Assembly (NCBI GenBank): GCA_002400985.2
Contig: NVRX02000004.1
Span: forward strand, 83,531-107,530
Origin: Candidatus Wolfebacteria bacterium
GTDB lineage: Bacteria > Patescibacteriota > Minisyncoccia > Phycocordibacterales > Phycocordibacteraceae
Direction: 5' to 3'
DNA: 24,000 nt
Shown here: positions 1 to 8,584 of the stretch, piece by piece
How the letters are laid out: the number at the start of each line of letters is the position of its first letter
Position numbering within the stretch: the first letter of the stretch is position 1
Notes under the pieces: generated by a model
The model's database searches: none
Told to the model about the DNA's origin: nothing
What the model saw: only the letters and a program-made list of their open reading frames with translations
Made by a program: the position numbers and the translations under genes

Positions 1-2990
1 TCATCTACAGGCCCTGCTGTTGGCCAGTCACACAAATGCACACTTTCAATATCTTGCTCTTCTTTTAGATTCCTATACAGATACTCTGCATAAAACGGCA
101 TTGTTGGTGCCATTACTTTTGAAAGTGTTAGTAGCGTCTTATGTAGGGTGTAGAGTGCTGCCGCAGCATCTTCTCCTCCATTTTTAATACGATCTCGAGA
201 ACGTCGTACATACCAAGTAGAAAGGTCATCTATGAAGTCTAGAAGTGGTCGTGTTGCCTTGTCTAGCTCATACGCATCATATCCACGTTCAGTATCTTTA
301 ATGAGTTGATGTAGGCGAGATGTAATCCAAGTATCAAGAACATTGGTGTTTCCTTTTTTCTTCTCTACGACACTTTCATATAATGAATAAAAAGAAAATA
401 CATTGTGTAGTCTCCCTGTTATTTTTTGAGAAATTTCTTTTACCCCGTCATTTGTAAATACTAAATCTTCCCCCCGTACTATTGAAGAAGACAGCATGTA
501 GTACCTAAGAGCATCTGCACCATACATATCTACAACTTCTATTGGGTCCGAGTAGTTCTTGAGTTTTTTAGCCAGCTTCTTTCCATCCTCGCCAAGAACC
601 ATTCCATTTACAATGACATTTTCAAATGGAGCTTTCCCAAAGAGACCCACCCCAAGAACAATAAGTGAGTAGAACCAACCTCGCGTCTGATCGACACCTT
701 CTGCAATAAATTGTGCAGGATATCCTTTTGGTTTTGAAAACAGCCCACCTTTTGGATTAAAGGTGTCTAGATTTTCATATGGAAAATGCTTTTGTCCATA
801 CGGCATTGCTCCTGACTCAAACCAACAATCAAACACATCGAGAATGCGAGTGTATTCTTCTCCATTTTTCTCCAGAATTATCTCATCAATAAAGGGTCGA
901 TGAAAATCAAGCTCATACTCTGCATTATGTGGAATTGGCACAAATGGAAGATCTCTTGTAGTGCCGGGAAGAACAAAGGCATTTTTGTGTTTTTCCCATA
1001 CCTCTGCACACATTTTCAAATCATGACCTTCCATAACACGCGCAAGCATAAATGCAGGAGAATTGTGCGTAACGATTAAGATTGTTTCATTCTTGTATGT
1101 GTTTTCAATTTCATACAAAAACTCCCCCACTCTTTTCTTTACATCACACCAACTCTCCGCACCTTCAGGACGAGCAAACATTAAATCTTTATTTGTTTCA
1201 AAAAATGCGTGGTACTCCTTTACACTCTTCCCGTTGAAAATTCCAAAGTTAATTTCCCTAAGACGCTCCTCGGTAATTATGTCTTTTTCTGACATACCGA
1301 TTTCAGCAGCAACAATTTTTGCAGTTTGTTGAGTCCTTTTAAGAGGAGACGCGATAATTTTTGTAATACCCTGAAGTTCTTTTGCTGTTTCAAGAGCTTT
1401 CGCGCGACCAGCATCTGTAAGGTCGCTTGGTATAGAGTCATTATGAGTCAGCATCCCTGCTGCATTTGTTTGCGCTTCACCGTGCCTCATAATTGTGTAT
1501 GTATTTCCAGATTTCTTTACATTCTTTTTCAAATCTTCAATACCACCAAGAACAATGCGAGAACCTTCTTTACTTTCCCACACAGGAAGAGGGGCTCCCC
1601 AGAAACGGCTTCTAGAAATTGACCATTCCTTTCCTCCTTTAAGCCAGTTACCAAATCGTTTTGAACCAATTTCTTTTGGCACCCAATTTACCTTTTCATT
1701 TTCTGCAACAAGTTTCTTTGTTATTTTGGGAGCATTAACAAACCATGAATCCATTGCGTAATTGAGCAACGGCTCATCTGTCCTCCATGAATGAGGGTAG
1801 CTATGTTTTATTTTTTCTTTTTTGAAAAGTTTTCCAGCATGCGCAAGATATTTTATTATCTCAATATCAGTTGCCTGGTGATCATCTTTTGGTTTTGCAT
1901 CCATTCCTTTAAAATCAGTCACCTCATCTACAAACTTCCCACTTTTATTTATATGGTGAACAATAGGTATTCCAAATTTTTGCGCAAGCTCTAAATCTTC
2001 CGCTCCAAATGCAGGCGCGATATGCACTGCGCCTGTTCCAGATTCTTCTGTAACATAGTCTGCCGCATAGATTTTCCACGCATTCTCTTTCCCTTCTATG
2101 TCTTTATCTTTGTAATAATTAAAAGGAGGTTCATATTCTTTTCCAACCAAATCTTTTCCCTTCATCTCTTCAAGAACAGTATGTTCAACCTCTTCAAACA
2201 AACTTAGTTTTTCTTTACTAAGAATATATGTGCCATCCAATTTTTCACTTCCTGTTACCTTAACTTTTACATACGTAAGATCTGAATGTACAGCTGCTGC
2301 TGTGTTTCCGGGAAGAGTCCATGGTGTTGTAGTCCACACAAGCAAACTTGTGTCTTCGCCCTTGATTGGCAATTTCACCGTTACTGCAAAATCAGTAATG
2401 TCTTTGTATCCTTGTGCAACTTCAATATTTGAAAGCTCTGTTCCAAGTAATGGGCTTAGATGGAGCACCTTGAACCCTTTGTAGATAAGTTCTTTGTTGT
2501 AGAGTGTTTTAAATACCCACCACACACTTTCTGTATATGAAGGATCCATTGTTCGATAATCATTCTCCATGTCTACAAACCTTCCCAGGCGTGGAATGAT
2601 TTTTTTCCAATCATCTCTATAGGTAAGTACAACTTTTTTTGCTCGCTCTACAAAATTCTCTATTCCTATATCATCTATAATTTCTTGCTTTGTTGAAACA
2701 TTGAACTCTTTCTCTACCTGAGCTTCGAGAGGAAGCCCGTGACAGTCCCAGCCCCAACGACGAGGGACAGTGAATCCTTGCATTGTCTTGTACCTCGGTA
2801 TTGCATCTTTTATTGTACTCGCAAGCACGTGACCAAAGTGAGGTAACCCTGTTGCAAATGGAGGACCATCATAAAAAGTAAAAACTCCCTTTGGGGATTT
2901 TTTACTTAGTGATTTTTGAAAAATGTTTTCTTTGTTCCAAAAATCAAGCACTTCTTCTTCACGCTTTGCAAAATCACTTTTATCACTCAT
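1..2990 (-). CDS. ileS: Isoleucyl-tRNA synthetase, type 2 (eukaryote-like), C-terminal end beyond window; contains a nested histidine-phosphatase (PGAM-like) domain
   Basis: Not in the ORF track because no stop lies in the window. My hand translation from the ATG at 2990..2988 stays open to position 3 (~996 codons). Motifs seen: MSDKSDFAKREEEVLDFWNKENIF, FYDGPPFATGLPHFGH (HIGH region), WTTTPWTLPGN (editing domain), ISRSRFWGAPLPVW, DVFDCWFESGAMPYGQ, AEGVDQTRGWFYS, KLAKKLKNYSDP (KMSKS position), DLSTWYVRRSRDR, ESVHLCDWP. Confidence 0.95.
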   Translation of the reverse strand, partial: MSDKSDFAKREEEVLDFWNKENIFQKSLSKKSPKGVFTFYDGPPFATGLPHFGHVLASTIKDAIPRYKTMQGFTVPRRWGWDCHGLPLEAQVEKEFNVSTKQEIIDDIGIENFVERAKKVVLTYRDDWKKIIPRLGRFVDMENDYRTMDPSYTESVWWVFKTLYNKELIYKGFKVLHLSPLLGTELSNIEVAQGYKDITDFAVTVKLPIKGEDTSLLVWTTTPWTLPGNTAAAVHSDLTYVKVKVTGSEKLDGTYILSKEKLSLFEEVEHTVLEEMKGKDLVGKEYEPPFNYYKDKDIEGKENAWKIYAADYVTEESGTGAVHIAPAFGAEDLELAQKFGIPIVHHINKSGKFVDEVTDFKGMDAKPKDDHQATDIEIIKYLAHAGKLFKKEKIKHSYPHSWRTDEPLLNYAMDSWFVNAPKITKKLVAENEKVNWVPKEIGSKRFGNWLKGGKEWSISRSRFWGAPLPVWESKEGSRIVLGGIEDLKKNVKKSGNTYTIMRHGEAQTNAAGMLTHNDSIPSDLTDAGRAKALETAKELQGITKIIASPLKRTQQTAKIVAAEIGMSEKDIITEERLREINFGIFNGKSVKEYHAFFETNKDLMFARPEGAESWCDVKKRVGEFLYEIENTYKNETILIVTHNSPAFMLARVMEGHDLKMCAEVWEKHKNAFVLPGTTRDLPFVPIPHNAEYELDFHRPFIDEIILEKNGEEYTRILDVFDCWFESGAMPYGQKHFPYENLDTFNPKGGLFSKPKGYPAQFIAEGVDQTRGWFYSLIVLGVGLFGKAPFENVIVNGMVLGEDGKKLAKKLKNYSDPIEVVDMYGADALRYYMLSSSIVRGEDLVFTNDGVKEISQKITGRLHNVFSFYSLYESVVEKKKGNTNVLDTWITSRLHQLIKDTERGYDAYELDKATRPLLDFIDDLSTWYVRRSRDRIKNGGEDAAAALYTLHKTLLTLSKVMAPTMPFYAEYLYRNLKEEQDIESVHLCDWPTAGPVD

Positions 2991-3029
2991 ATAGAGACCA
3001 TAGTATCAGGATGTATAAAAAGTTAAAGA

Positions 3030-4661
3030 CTACATTCGTTCTGGGGCAGGAATTCCCAATATCCACAACCCATTTTCAAGTGTTGTAGCCACGGCAGCAA
3101 CAAGGAGTAACTTGTACCCTTCATACTCCCCTCCCAATATTTTTTCTTGTGCATAAAACCTATTAAACATTGCTGCAACCTCTGTTAGGTACTGGGTGAC
3201 ATGGTGTGGTTCATACCTACCTTGGGCAAACTCAACAACCTCAGGAAATCTATACAGTATTTTTTCTAAGTCGTATACAGACTCTGGAGTAACTGCATCT
3301 GCATCATCTTTTGTACTGTCTGCAAGAAGTTTTCTCGCACGCACCAATGCATATTGCAGATATGGTCCTGAGTCTCCTTCTGTAGAAAGAGACTTTTCTA
3401 CATCAAACACAATGTCTCCTCCAGCTTGTTGTTTTAAAATACTGTATTTAATTGCACCTACAGCAACTTGTTGTGCTGTTGCATCATCAGGACTTTGTTT
3501 ACGCACTTTCTCAACAAGATCTTCAATGAGTGATTTTGCGGTAATAATATTTCCCATTCGTGAAGCCATCTTCCCTTCTGACAATTTCATCAGTCCATTT
3601 GAGAGATGTGTGATTTTCTTTGCCTGCTCTGGGTGTATTTCTGCAAGCGCTTCTTTTACTACCTTAAAATACTCGATTTGTTCTTTTCCGGTAAGGATAA
3701 TTGATTGATCATGTTCCCACCATGCATCTTTTATAGTTTCAAGCCCAAGTTCTTTTGCCTCATATGTTGGCGTTCCCTGCTTTGTCCTAAACACTCGTGT
3801 ATGAAGCCCTTTCTTTTCTCCCTCGTAGACAATAGCGCCATCACTTTCTACAAATACCCCCTTCTTTATTCCCTCCTCTACAATCTTCATCCCAATAGGC
3901 GCTGATTCACTTTCAAAAATAAACCTATCAAGCTTTGTGCCAAACACATCCAGAATGTCTGAAACTGCTTTCATGGAAATATCCTTTCCTGCAGAGTGTT
4001 CTTTCATGAGCTCTTTATCTTCTCCAAGATATATTGCCTTATTTAAAGCGTCTATTTCTTTTTTTGCAGAATCGTTTTCTTCATACTCCTTTGCGCCATA
4101 CGCATACGCTTCCCCAATAACCTCAGGGGTTAATTCTTTTTTTAGTTCTCGTAATCCATACAGAGCCTTTGCAACATGCGGACCAACGTCCCCGCCATAT
4201 GACTCTCTTTTTACTTCTGCTCCAGAAAACTCCAAAAGCCTACTTAATGCTTCTCCAATTGAGATTCCCATAAGGTGTCCTATGTGAAGTTGCTTAAATG
4301 CATTTGCATTCACATATTCAATAATTATCTTTGTATCTACACGTGAAGTGTTACTTCCCCACAACCTTCCTAGAGAAGATATTACTTTTAAAGACTGGGT
4401 GTAGAAATCACGAGAAAATGTGAAGTTAATAAACCCGGGCCCAGCAACAGAAACCTTACTTAGAAAAGAAAGTTTTATCTTTGCAGCGATTTCCTCAGCA
4501 AGCTCTTTTGGGTTTACCCGCCTTTCTTTTGCGAGAGCCATTGCAATGTTTGTTGCATAATCTCCATGCTCAAGATCTTGAGGGTGCTCAAAATACACAA
4601 CTGAGATATCTACTCCCGCTGCCTGTGCTACTGCCTTTTGTAACTCACCTACAATATTCAT
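3030..4661 (-). CDS. argS: Arginyl-tRNA synthetase
   Basis: 543 aa ORF. It has the N-terminal Arg-tRNA-binding-like region, the class I signature NANAFKQLHIGHLMG, the anticodon-binding DALR-type C-terminus and the family-typical terminal ...PERM. It follows glyA after a 9 nt gap. Confidence 0.95.
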   Translation of the reverse strand: MNIVGELQKAVAQAAGVDISVVYFEHPQDLEHGDYATNIAMALAKERRVNPKELAEEIAAKIKLSFLSKVSVAGPGFINFTFSRDFYTQSLKVISSLGRLWGSNTSRVDTKIIIEYVNANAFKQLHIGHLMGISIGEALSRLLEFSGAEVKRESYGGDVGPHVAKALYGLRELKKELTPEVIGEAYAYGAKEYEENDSAKKEIDALNKAIYLGEDKELMKEHSAGKDISMKAVSDILDVFGTKLDRFIFESESAPIGMKIVEEGIKKGVFVESDGAIVYEGEKKGLHTRVFRTKQGTPTYEAKELGLETIKDAWWEHDQSIILTGKEQIEYFKVVKEALAEIHPEQAKKITHLSNGLMKLSEGKMASRMGNIITAKSLIEDLVEKVRKQSPDDATAQQVAVGAIKYSILKQQAGGDIVFDVEKSLSTEGDSGPYLQYALVRARKLLADSTKDDADAVTPESVYDLEKILYRFPEVVEFAQGRYEPHHVTQYLTEVAAMFNRFYAQEKILGGEYEGYKLLLVAAVATTLENGLWILGIPAPERM

Positions 4662-4670
4662 ATGTGTACT

Positions 4671-5921
4671 CTATACAAAAATGTGTGGAAAGGGAAATTT
4701 TTCACACAAGTCTTTTATTTTTTCACGTACTTCTCCTGCTTTTTGCACATCTTTAAGCACTTCAATCATCCACTCTGCAACCTGCCTACACTCTTCTTCT
4801 TTAAACTTTCTTGTAGTTACCGCAGGTGTCCCAAATCTAATGCCTGATGGATCAAGCGGTGAACGAACATCATCTGCAATGACATTCTTATTGAGTGTCA
4901 TTCCTGCTTCATCAAGAGCCTTCTCTGCTTCAGCTCCTGTTAGATTAAATGAAGTAACGGTATCAAGTAAAATAAGGTGGTTACTTGTTCCTCCTGTAAT
5001 CATTCGTGCACCTTCTTTTTCAAAAACTTCAGCCATTGCCTGTGCATTTTTTATTACCTGTGCTGAATACTTTCCAAACTGAGGAGTAAGAGCCTCTCCA
5101 AAGCACACCGCCTTTGCGGCAATCTGGTGCATGTGTGGGCCGCCTTGAAAACCAGGGAAAATTGCCTTATCTATTTTCTTTGCAATCTCACCTTTCTCTC
5201 GGATGAGAATCATTCCTCCGCGTGGACCACGTAATGTTTTGTGTGTTGTTGTTGTTAGTACATCAAAACCATAATCAAACGGGTTCTCATGAACGCCTCC
5301 TACTATAAGGCCTGCAATGTGTGCCACATCAGCAACGGTATATGCGCCCACCTCATCAGCAATGTCTTTAAACTTTTTCCAATCAAGCTCTCGAGGATAC
5401 GCAGAAAATCCCGCAAGAATAATCTTTGGCTTTTCTTTGAGTGCTATTTCTCGAAGCTCTTCATAATCAATCTCTCCTGTTTCAACGTTCTTCATTTTGT
5501 ATCGTACAAAATTAAATATTTTTGAAATTGCTGTTACGGGATGACCGTGTGTTAAATGTCCCCCGTGGGAGAGGTCCATGCCGAGCACAGTATCTCCTGG
5601 CTCAAGCAGTGCAAAATATACTCCAATGTTTGCATTTGCGCCCCCTAGAGGCTGTACGTTAGCGTGTTCGCAATTAAAAAGTTCTTTTGCTCGCTCTATG
5701 GCAAGTAGTTCTATTTTGTCTGTAAATTCCTGCCCTCCATAATATCTTTTTCCAGGATACCCTTCTGAGTATTTATTAGTGAGCACAGATGCTGTTGCCT
5801 CCATAACAGCAGCAGATACATAATTCTCAGAAGGAATGAGCTCAAGGCCCTCATCTTGCCTTTTTTCTTCTCCTTCTATAATTTTGAAAACTTCTTTATC
5901 TTGTTTTTGTAAATATTCCAT
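4671..5921 (-). CDS. glyA: Serine hydroxymethyltransferase
   Basis: Motifs LELIPSENYVS and TTTTHKTLRGPRGG (PLP-lysine region). The track start at 5942 is a TTG. The ATG at 5921 (MEYLQKQDKEVF...) aligns with typical SHMT N-termini and removes the overlap with the upstream gene. Confidence 0.95.
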   Translation of the reverse strand: MEYLQKQDKEVFKIIEGEEKRQDEGLELIPSENYVSAAVMEATASVLTNKYSEGYPGKRYYGGQEFTDKIELLAIERAKELFNCEHANVQPLGGANANIGVYFALLEPGDTVLGMDLSHGGHLTHGHPVTAISKIFNFVRYKMKNVETGEIDYEELREIALKEKPKIILAGFSAYPRELDWKKFKDIADEVGAYTVADVAHIAGLIVGGVHENPFDYGFDVLTTTTHKTLRGPRGGMILIREKGEIAKKIDKAIFPGFQGGPHMHQIAAKAVCFGEALTPQFGKYSAQVIKNAQAMAEVFEKEGARMITGGTSNHLILLDTVTSFNLTGAEAEKALDEAGMTLNKNVIADDVRSPLDPSGIRFGTPAVTTRKFKEEECRQVAEWMIEVLKDVQKAGEVREKIKDLCEKFPFPHIFV

Positions 5922-5926
5922 ATTAT

Positions 5927-6325
5927 TTATTTTGTACAACAAGCTTTTAGATCTGCTTTATATATCTTGGCATCTTTATCTTTTACAAACTTTCCATCAA
6001 CCAAAGTTCCCGTACGTGAATTAATTTCTTTATGTACCTCTTCCATTACTTTTGATGGGTCATATCCATTTTTAGCAATGGCCCCAGTTGCAAACACGAT
6101 AATGTCAGCAAAAGCATCAACAATTACCTCTTTATCAAGACATGGCGTCTCAACAATTTCTTTGGCATATGTAGCCGCCCTGTCACGAGCTGTAATGCTG
6201 TCATACTTACCTGTACTTTCTAGAAGTTCTTCTACAATAAAAGAAACCTCCTTCACATGATCAAAATCGGTATCGAGAATCCCACGCTCTTTATTCCATG
6301 CAACAATTTTTTGAAAAATATCCAT
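5927..6325 (-). CDS. All-alpha NTP pyrophosphohydrolase (MazG/HisE/dimeric-dUTPase-like superfamily), possible dUTP/dCTP pyrophosphatase
   Basis: Start taken at the internal ATG (MDIFQKIVAWNKERGIL...). It has the acidic helix motif VSFIVEELLE and a later DAFADIIVFATG, typical of MazG-like metal-binding helices. It is small (133 aa) and predicted helical. Substrate is inferred only from the thymidylate context. Confidence 0.5.
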   Translation of the reverse strand: MDIFQKIVAWNKERGILDTDFDHVKEVSFIVEELLESTGKYDSITARDRAATYAKEIVETPCLDKEVIVDAFADIIVFATGAIAKNGYDPSKVMEEVHKEINSRTGTLVDGKFVKDKDAKIYKADLKACCTK

Positions 6326-6427
6326 ATTTTTTATGTTTCTTAGTAAGAAAATAGTACCACAATGCATATTCAAGTGACATGTGATACCTTCAAGCCAGAT
6401 TGAACCCTAACAGAAAAGGAGACCTGA

Positions 6428-7795
6428 ATGGTACGTTTAGACAATCTAACTCATGTAACAAGAAATATTGAAGGCGGAGGGAGTGTACTTGTGCTTGATA
6501 CAGGCGCAGCTATTACTCCACCAGCTCAAGCAATGCTTGCAGCACTTCATTCCAGAAGTGTTGGGGGTATAAGAGAACATCTTGAAGTCCTTGATAAAAA
6601 AGGTTTTGAGAAATTCATGAAAACCTATTATGTCGGATATGGACATAAATCTATCGGAGACTGCGGAAGTATCACAGTCTTCATTGAAGGGATTTCCATG
6701 CTTGCTGCAAAAGCTATTCAAGATTTTCGCCTATATGACGGGCAAGAAGCTTCAACAAGATATATCGACTTCAGTAAACAAGATTTTATTAATCCTGTTG
6801 GACTAAAAACAGGAAGAGATATCTTGGAATATCAACGTACTTTTTATCTTAAGGGACTTGAAATTTTAAAGCCGTATTTGGCTGCAGAATTTCCCCTCAA
6901 AGAGAAAGGGCGTGAAGTAGCTCATACAAAAATGTTGGATGCTCGTGCATTCGATATTATGAGGGCATTCTTACCGGCTGGTGCATCAACGAACTTGGCG
7001 TGGCATGGGAAAATTCGTATTTTTGGGGATAGACTCCCTGAACTTCGAAATCACCCACTTGCTGAGGTTCGCAATATTGCAACAGCACTTCACGAGGCTT
7101 TGTATGAAGCTTTTCCAGACTCATTTCAAGAGCCTGGAAAAATCTACCGAGAAACTGAGAAGTATATTGCAAAATATATGGGGTTATCATATTACGATGA
7201 GCCTAAATCTTTCTCTTTTGAGCTTACAAGGAACGAACTCCGTGAGAAAAATTTCTCTCCCGAAGTTAAGTCTTTGCTAAAAGAGCGCCCCAATGGAAAA
7301 ACGGAACTTCCAAAATGGCTTGAAGGACTTGGACAGATTCAGTTTAAATTTCTTTTAGATTTTGGATCTTTTCGGGATGTGCAACGACACAGGGCGGTGA
7401 TACAACGTATGCCGATCTTGAATATGAATCACGGCTTCGAACCTTGGTACCTTAAGCAAATGCCTGAGGATCTGAAGGAAGAAGCGGTGGAACATCTTCG
7501 TGTTCTTGAGGACAGACTGGAAGACTTATCAGTTGATCCTGCATTGCTGCAGTACTATATCCCAATGGGATATCGATGTACAAACTGCATAACGGGCGGA
7601 TTACCAGCCCTTGTGTACTTGATCGAACTTCGCTCACAAAGCACTGTTCATCCAACGCTTCGCGTTATTGCGCAGCGAATGGGTAGTGAATTAGGAGGAA
7701 TGTTCAAAGACCTTGCTCTTTACTATGACAAGTCTGAAGATCACCTCGACATTCGTCGTGGTGAACAAGATATTGTTATAAATGAAGATGCATAA
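6428..7795 (+). CDS. thyX: Long-form flavin-dependent thymidylate synthase (ThyX-like, apparently two fused/diverged Thy1 halves)
   Basis: 455 aa with a strong SD (aaaggagacctgaATG). The N-terminal half has ISMLAAKAIQDFRLYDGQEASTRY, resembling the ThyX xRHRxxSxxQxSxRY motif but with DFR in place of RHR. The C-terminal half has FGSFRDVQRHRAV (RHR at 7385..7393). Neighbours are glyA, tmk and an NTP-PPase. Assignment rests on motif recall, not a search. Confidence 0.55.
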   Translation: MVRLDNLTHVTRNIEGGGSVLVLDTGAAITPPAQAMLAALHSRSVGGIREHLEVLDKKGFEKFMKTYYVGYGHKSIGDCGSITVFIEGISMLAAKAIQDFRLYDGQEASTRYIDFSKQDFINPVGLKTGRDILEYQRTFYLKGLEILKPYLAAEFPLKEKGREVAHTKMLDARAFDIMRAFLPAGASTNLAWHGKIRIFGDRLPELRNHPLAEVRNIATALHEALYEAFPDSFQEPGKIYRETEKYIAKYMGLSYYDEPKSFSFELTRNELREKNFSPEVKSLLKERPNGKTELPKWLEGLGQIQFKFLLDFGSFRDVQRHRAVIQRMPILNMNHGFEPWYLKQMPEDLKEEAVEHLRVLEDRLEDLSVDPALLQYYIPMGYRCTNCITGGLPALVYLIELRSQSTVHPTLRVIAQRMGSELGGMFKDLALYYDKSEDHLDIRRGEQDIVINEDA

Positions 7796-7811
7796 CTTGT
7801 ATCAAAATACT

Positions 7812-7841
7812 GTAGCCGCACTTTGGTGCGGCTACTTTTTT
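7812..7841. terminator. Bidirectional intrinsic terminator between convergent thyX-like and tmk
   Basis: Stem gtagccgcac / gtgcggctac (10 bp), loop tttg, followed by a T6 run. It overlaps the tmk stop codon. Confidence 0.75.
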
Positions 7842-8518
7842 ATTGTCTCTGCTACAACACTCCAAATTTCTTCTTGTATCTTTTCCCTACTTTTCATTTC
7901 TCCTCGAGAGATACAATTTATTTTCTTCCAGTTATTTTCTTTTTTAATTATTGCAAACGCTCCTTTTCGAGAATTTTCTAAATAGTTTGTATCATTTTCA
8001 GTTTGGTCTTTTTTCCCTTTTAAATATGTTTTCTTTTTTGCTGCCCCCAAAAGAAGTTCTTTTGTTTTTGTTACCGGAACATCTAAATATATAATTATGT
8101 CTGGCCGTGGAATTTTAAATATTGAGAACTCCATAGTATCGAGCCAAGTTAAGAACTTTTTGAGTTCTTTTGGATCTTTTATCTTTCCTCCTTGATGCAT
8201 TTGGTTTGCACTCACGTATCTGTCTAATACAACAATGTTTCCTTTCTTAACCCACTCTTCAATTTTCTTCTTTGATTCAAAACGGTCTGCCGCATATAAA
8301 ACTGAAGCAATGTATGGATCTGTTTTTGTGAAGCTTCCGTGTTCCCCTCTAAGACACTCACCAATGAGAGATCCGAAAAAGTTTTTTTCATACTGAGGAA
8401 AGTCTAATGTTTTAACTTTCAGACCTTTGCTTTTTATATTTTTTACAAGAAGCTTAGTTTGAGTTGCCTTCCCAGAACCATCTCCTCCATCAAGCACAAT
8501 TAGTTTCCCTTTTTTCAT
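7832..8518 (-). CDS. tmk: Thymidylate kinase
   Basis: P-loop LIVLDGGDGSGKATQ, DRY-type motif VVLDRYVSAN, lid region and overall length fit dTMP kinase. Confidence 0.9.
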   Translation of the reverse strand: MKKGKLIVLDGGDGSGKATQTKLLVKNIKSKGLKVKTLDFPQYEKNFFGSLIGECLRGEHGSFTKTDPYIASVLYAADRFESKKKIEEWVKKGNIVVLDRYVSANQMHQGGKIKDPKELKKFLTWLDTMEFSIFKIPRPDIIIYLDVPVTKTKELLLGAAKKKTYLKGKKDQTENDTNYLENSRKGAFAIIKKENNWKKINCISRGEMKSREKIQEEIWSVVAETIKK

Positions 8519-8535
8519 AGTTAACCCAGTATAAC

Positions 8536-8563
8536 AAAAAGACCCAGGATGTACCCTGAGTCT
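8536..8563 (-). terminator. Intrinsic terminator immediately after rplK
   Basis: Minus strand reads aaaaaagactcagg-gtacat-cctgggtct-ttttgtt. This is a 9 bp stem (one G.U) with a 6 nt loop and a U-tract. Confidence 0.7.
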
Positions 8564-8584
8564 TTTTTACCTTTGTCTGTATTC

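Noticed and set aside
1063-3088. Seven plus-strand track ORFs of 61-98 aa (1063..1332, 1326..1622, 1495..1761, 1791..1994, 2022..2207, 2230..2484, 2891..3088).
   Set aside because: All lie antisense to the continuous ileS reading frame, except that the tail of the last (2891..3088) extends past the ileS start (2990) and is antisense to the argS 3' end. Their translations are low-complexity Phe/Ser/Leu-rich mirror products with no motifs.
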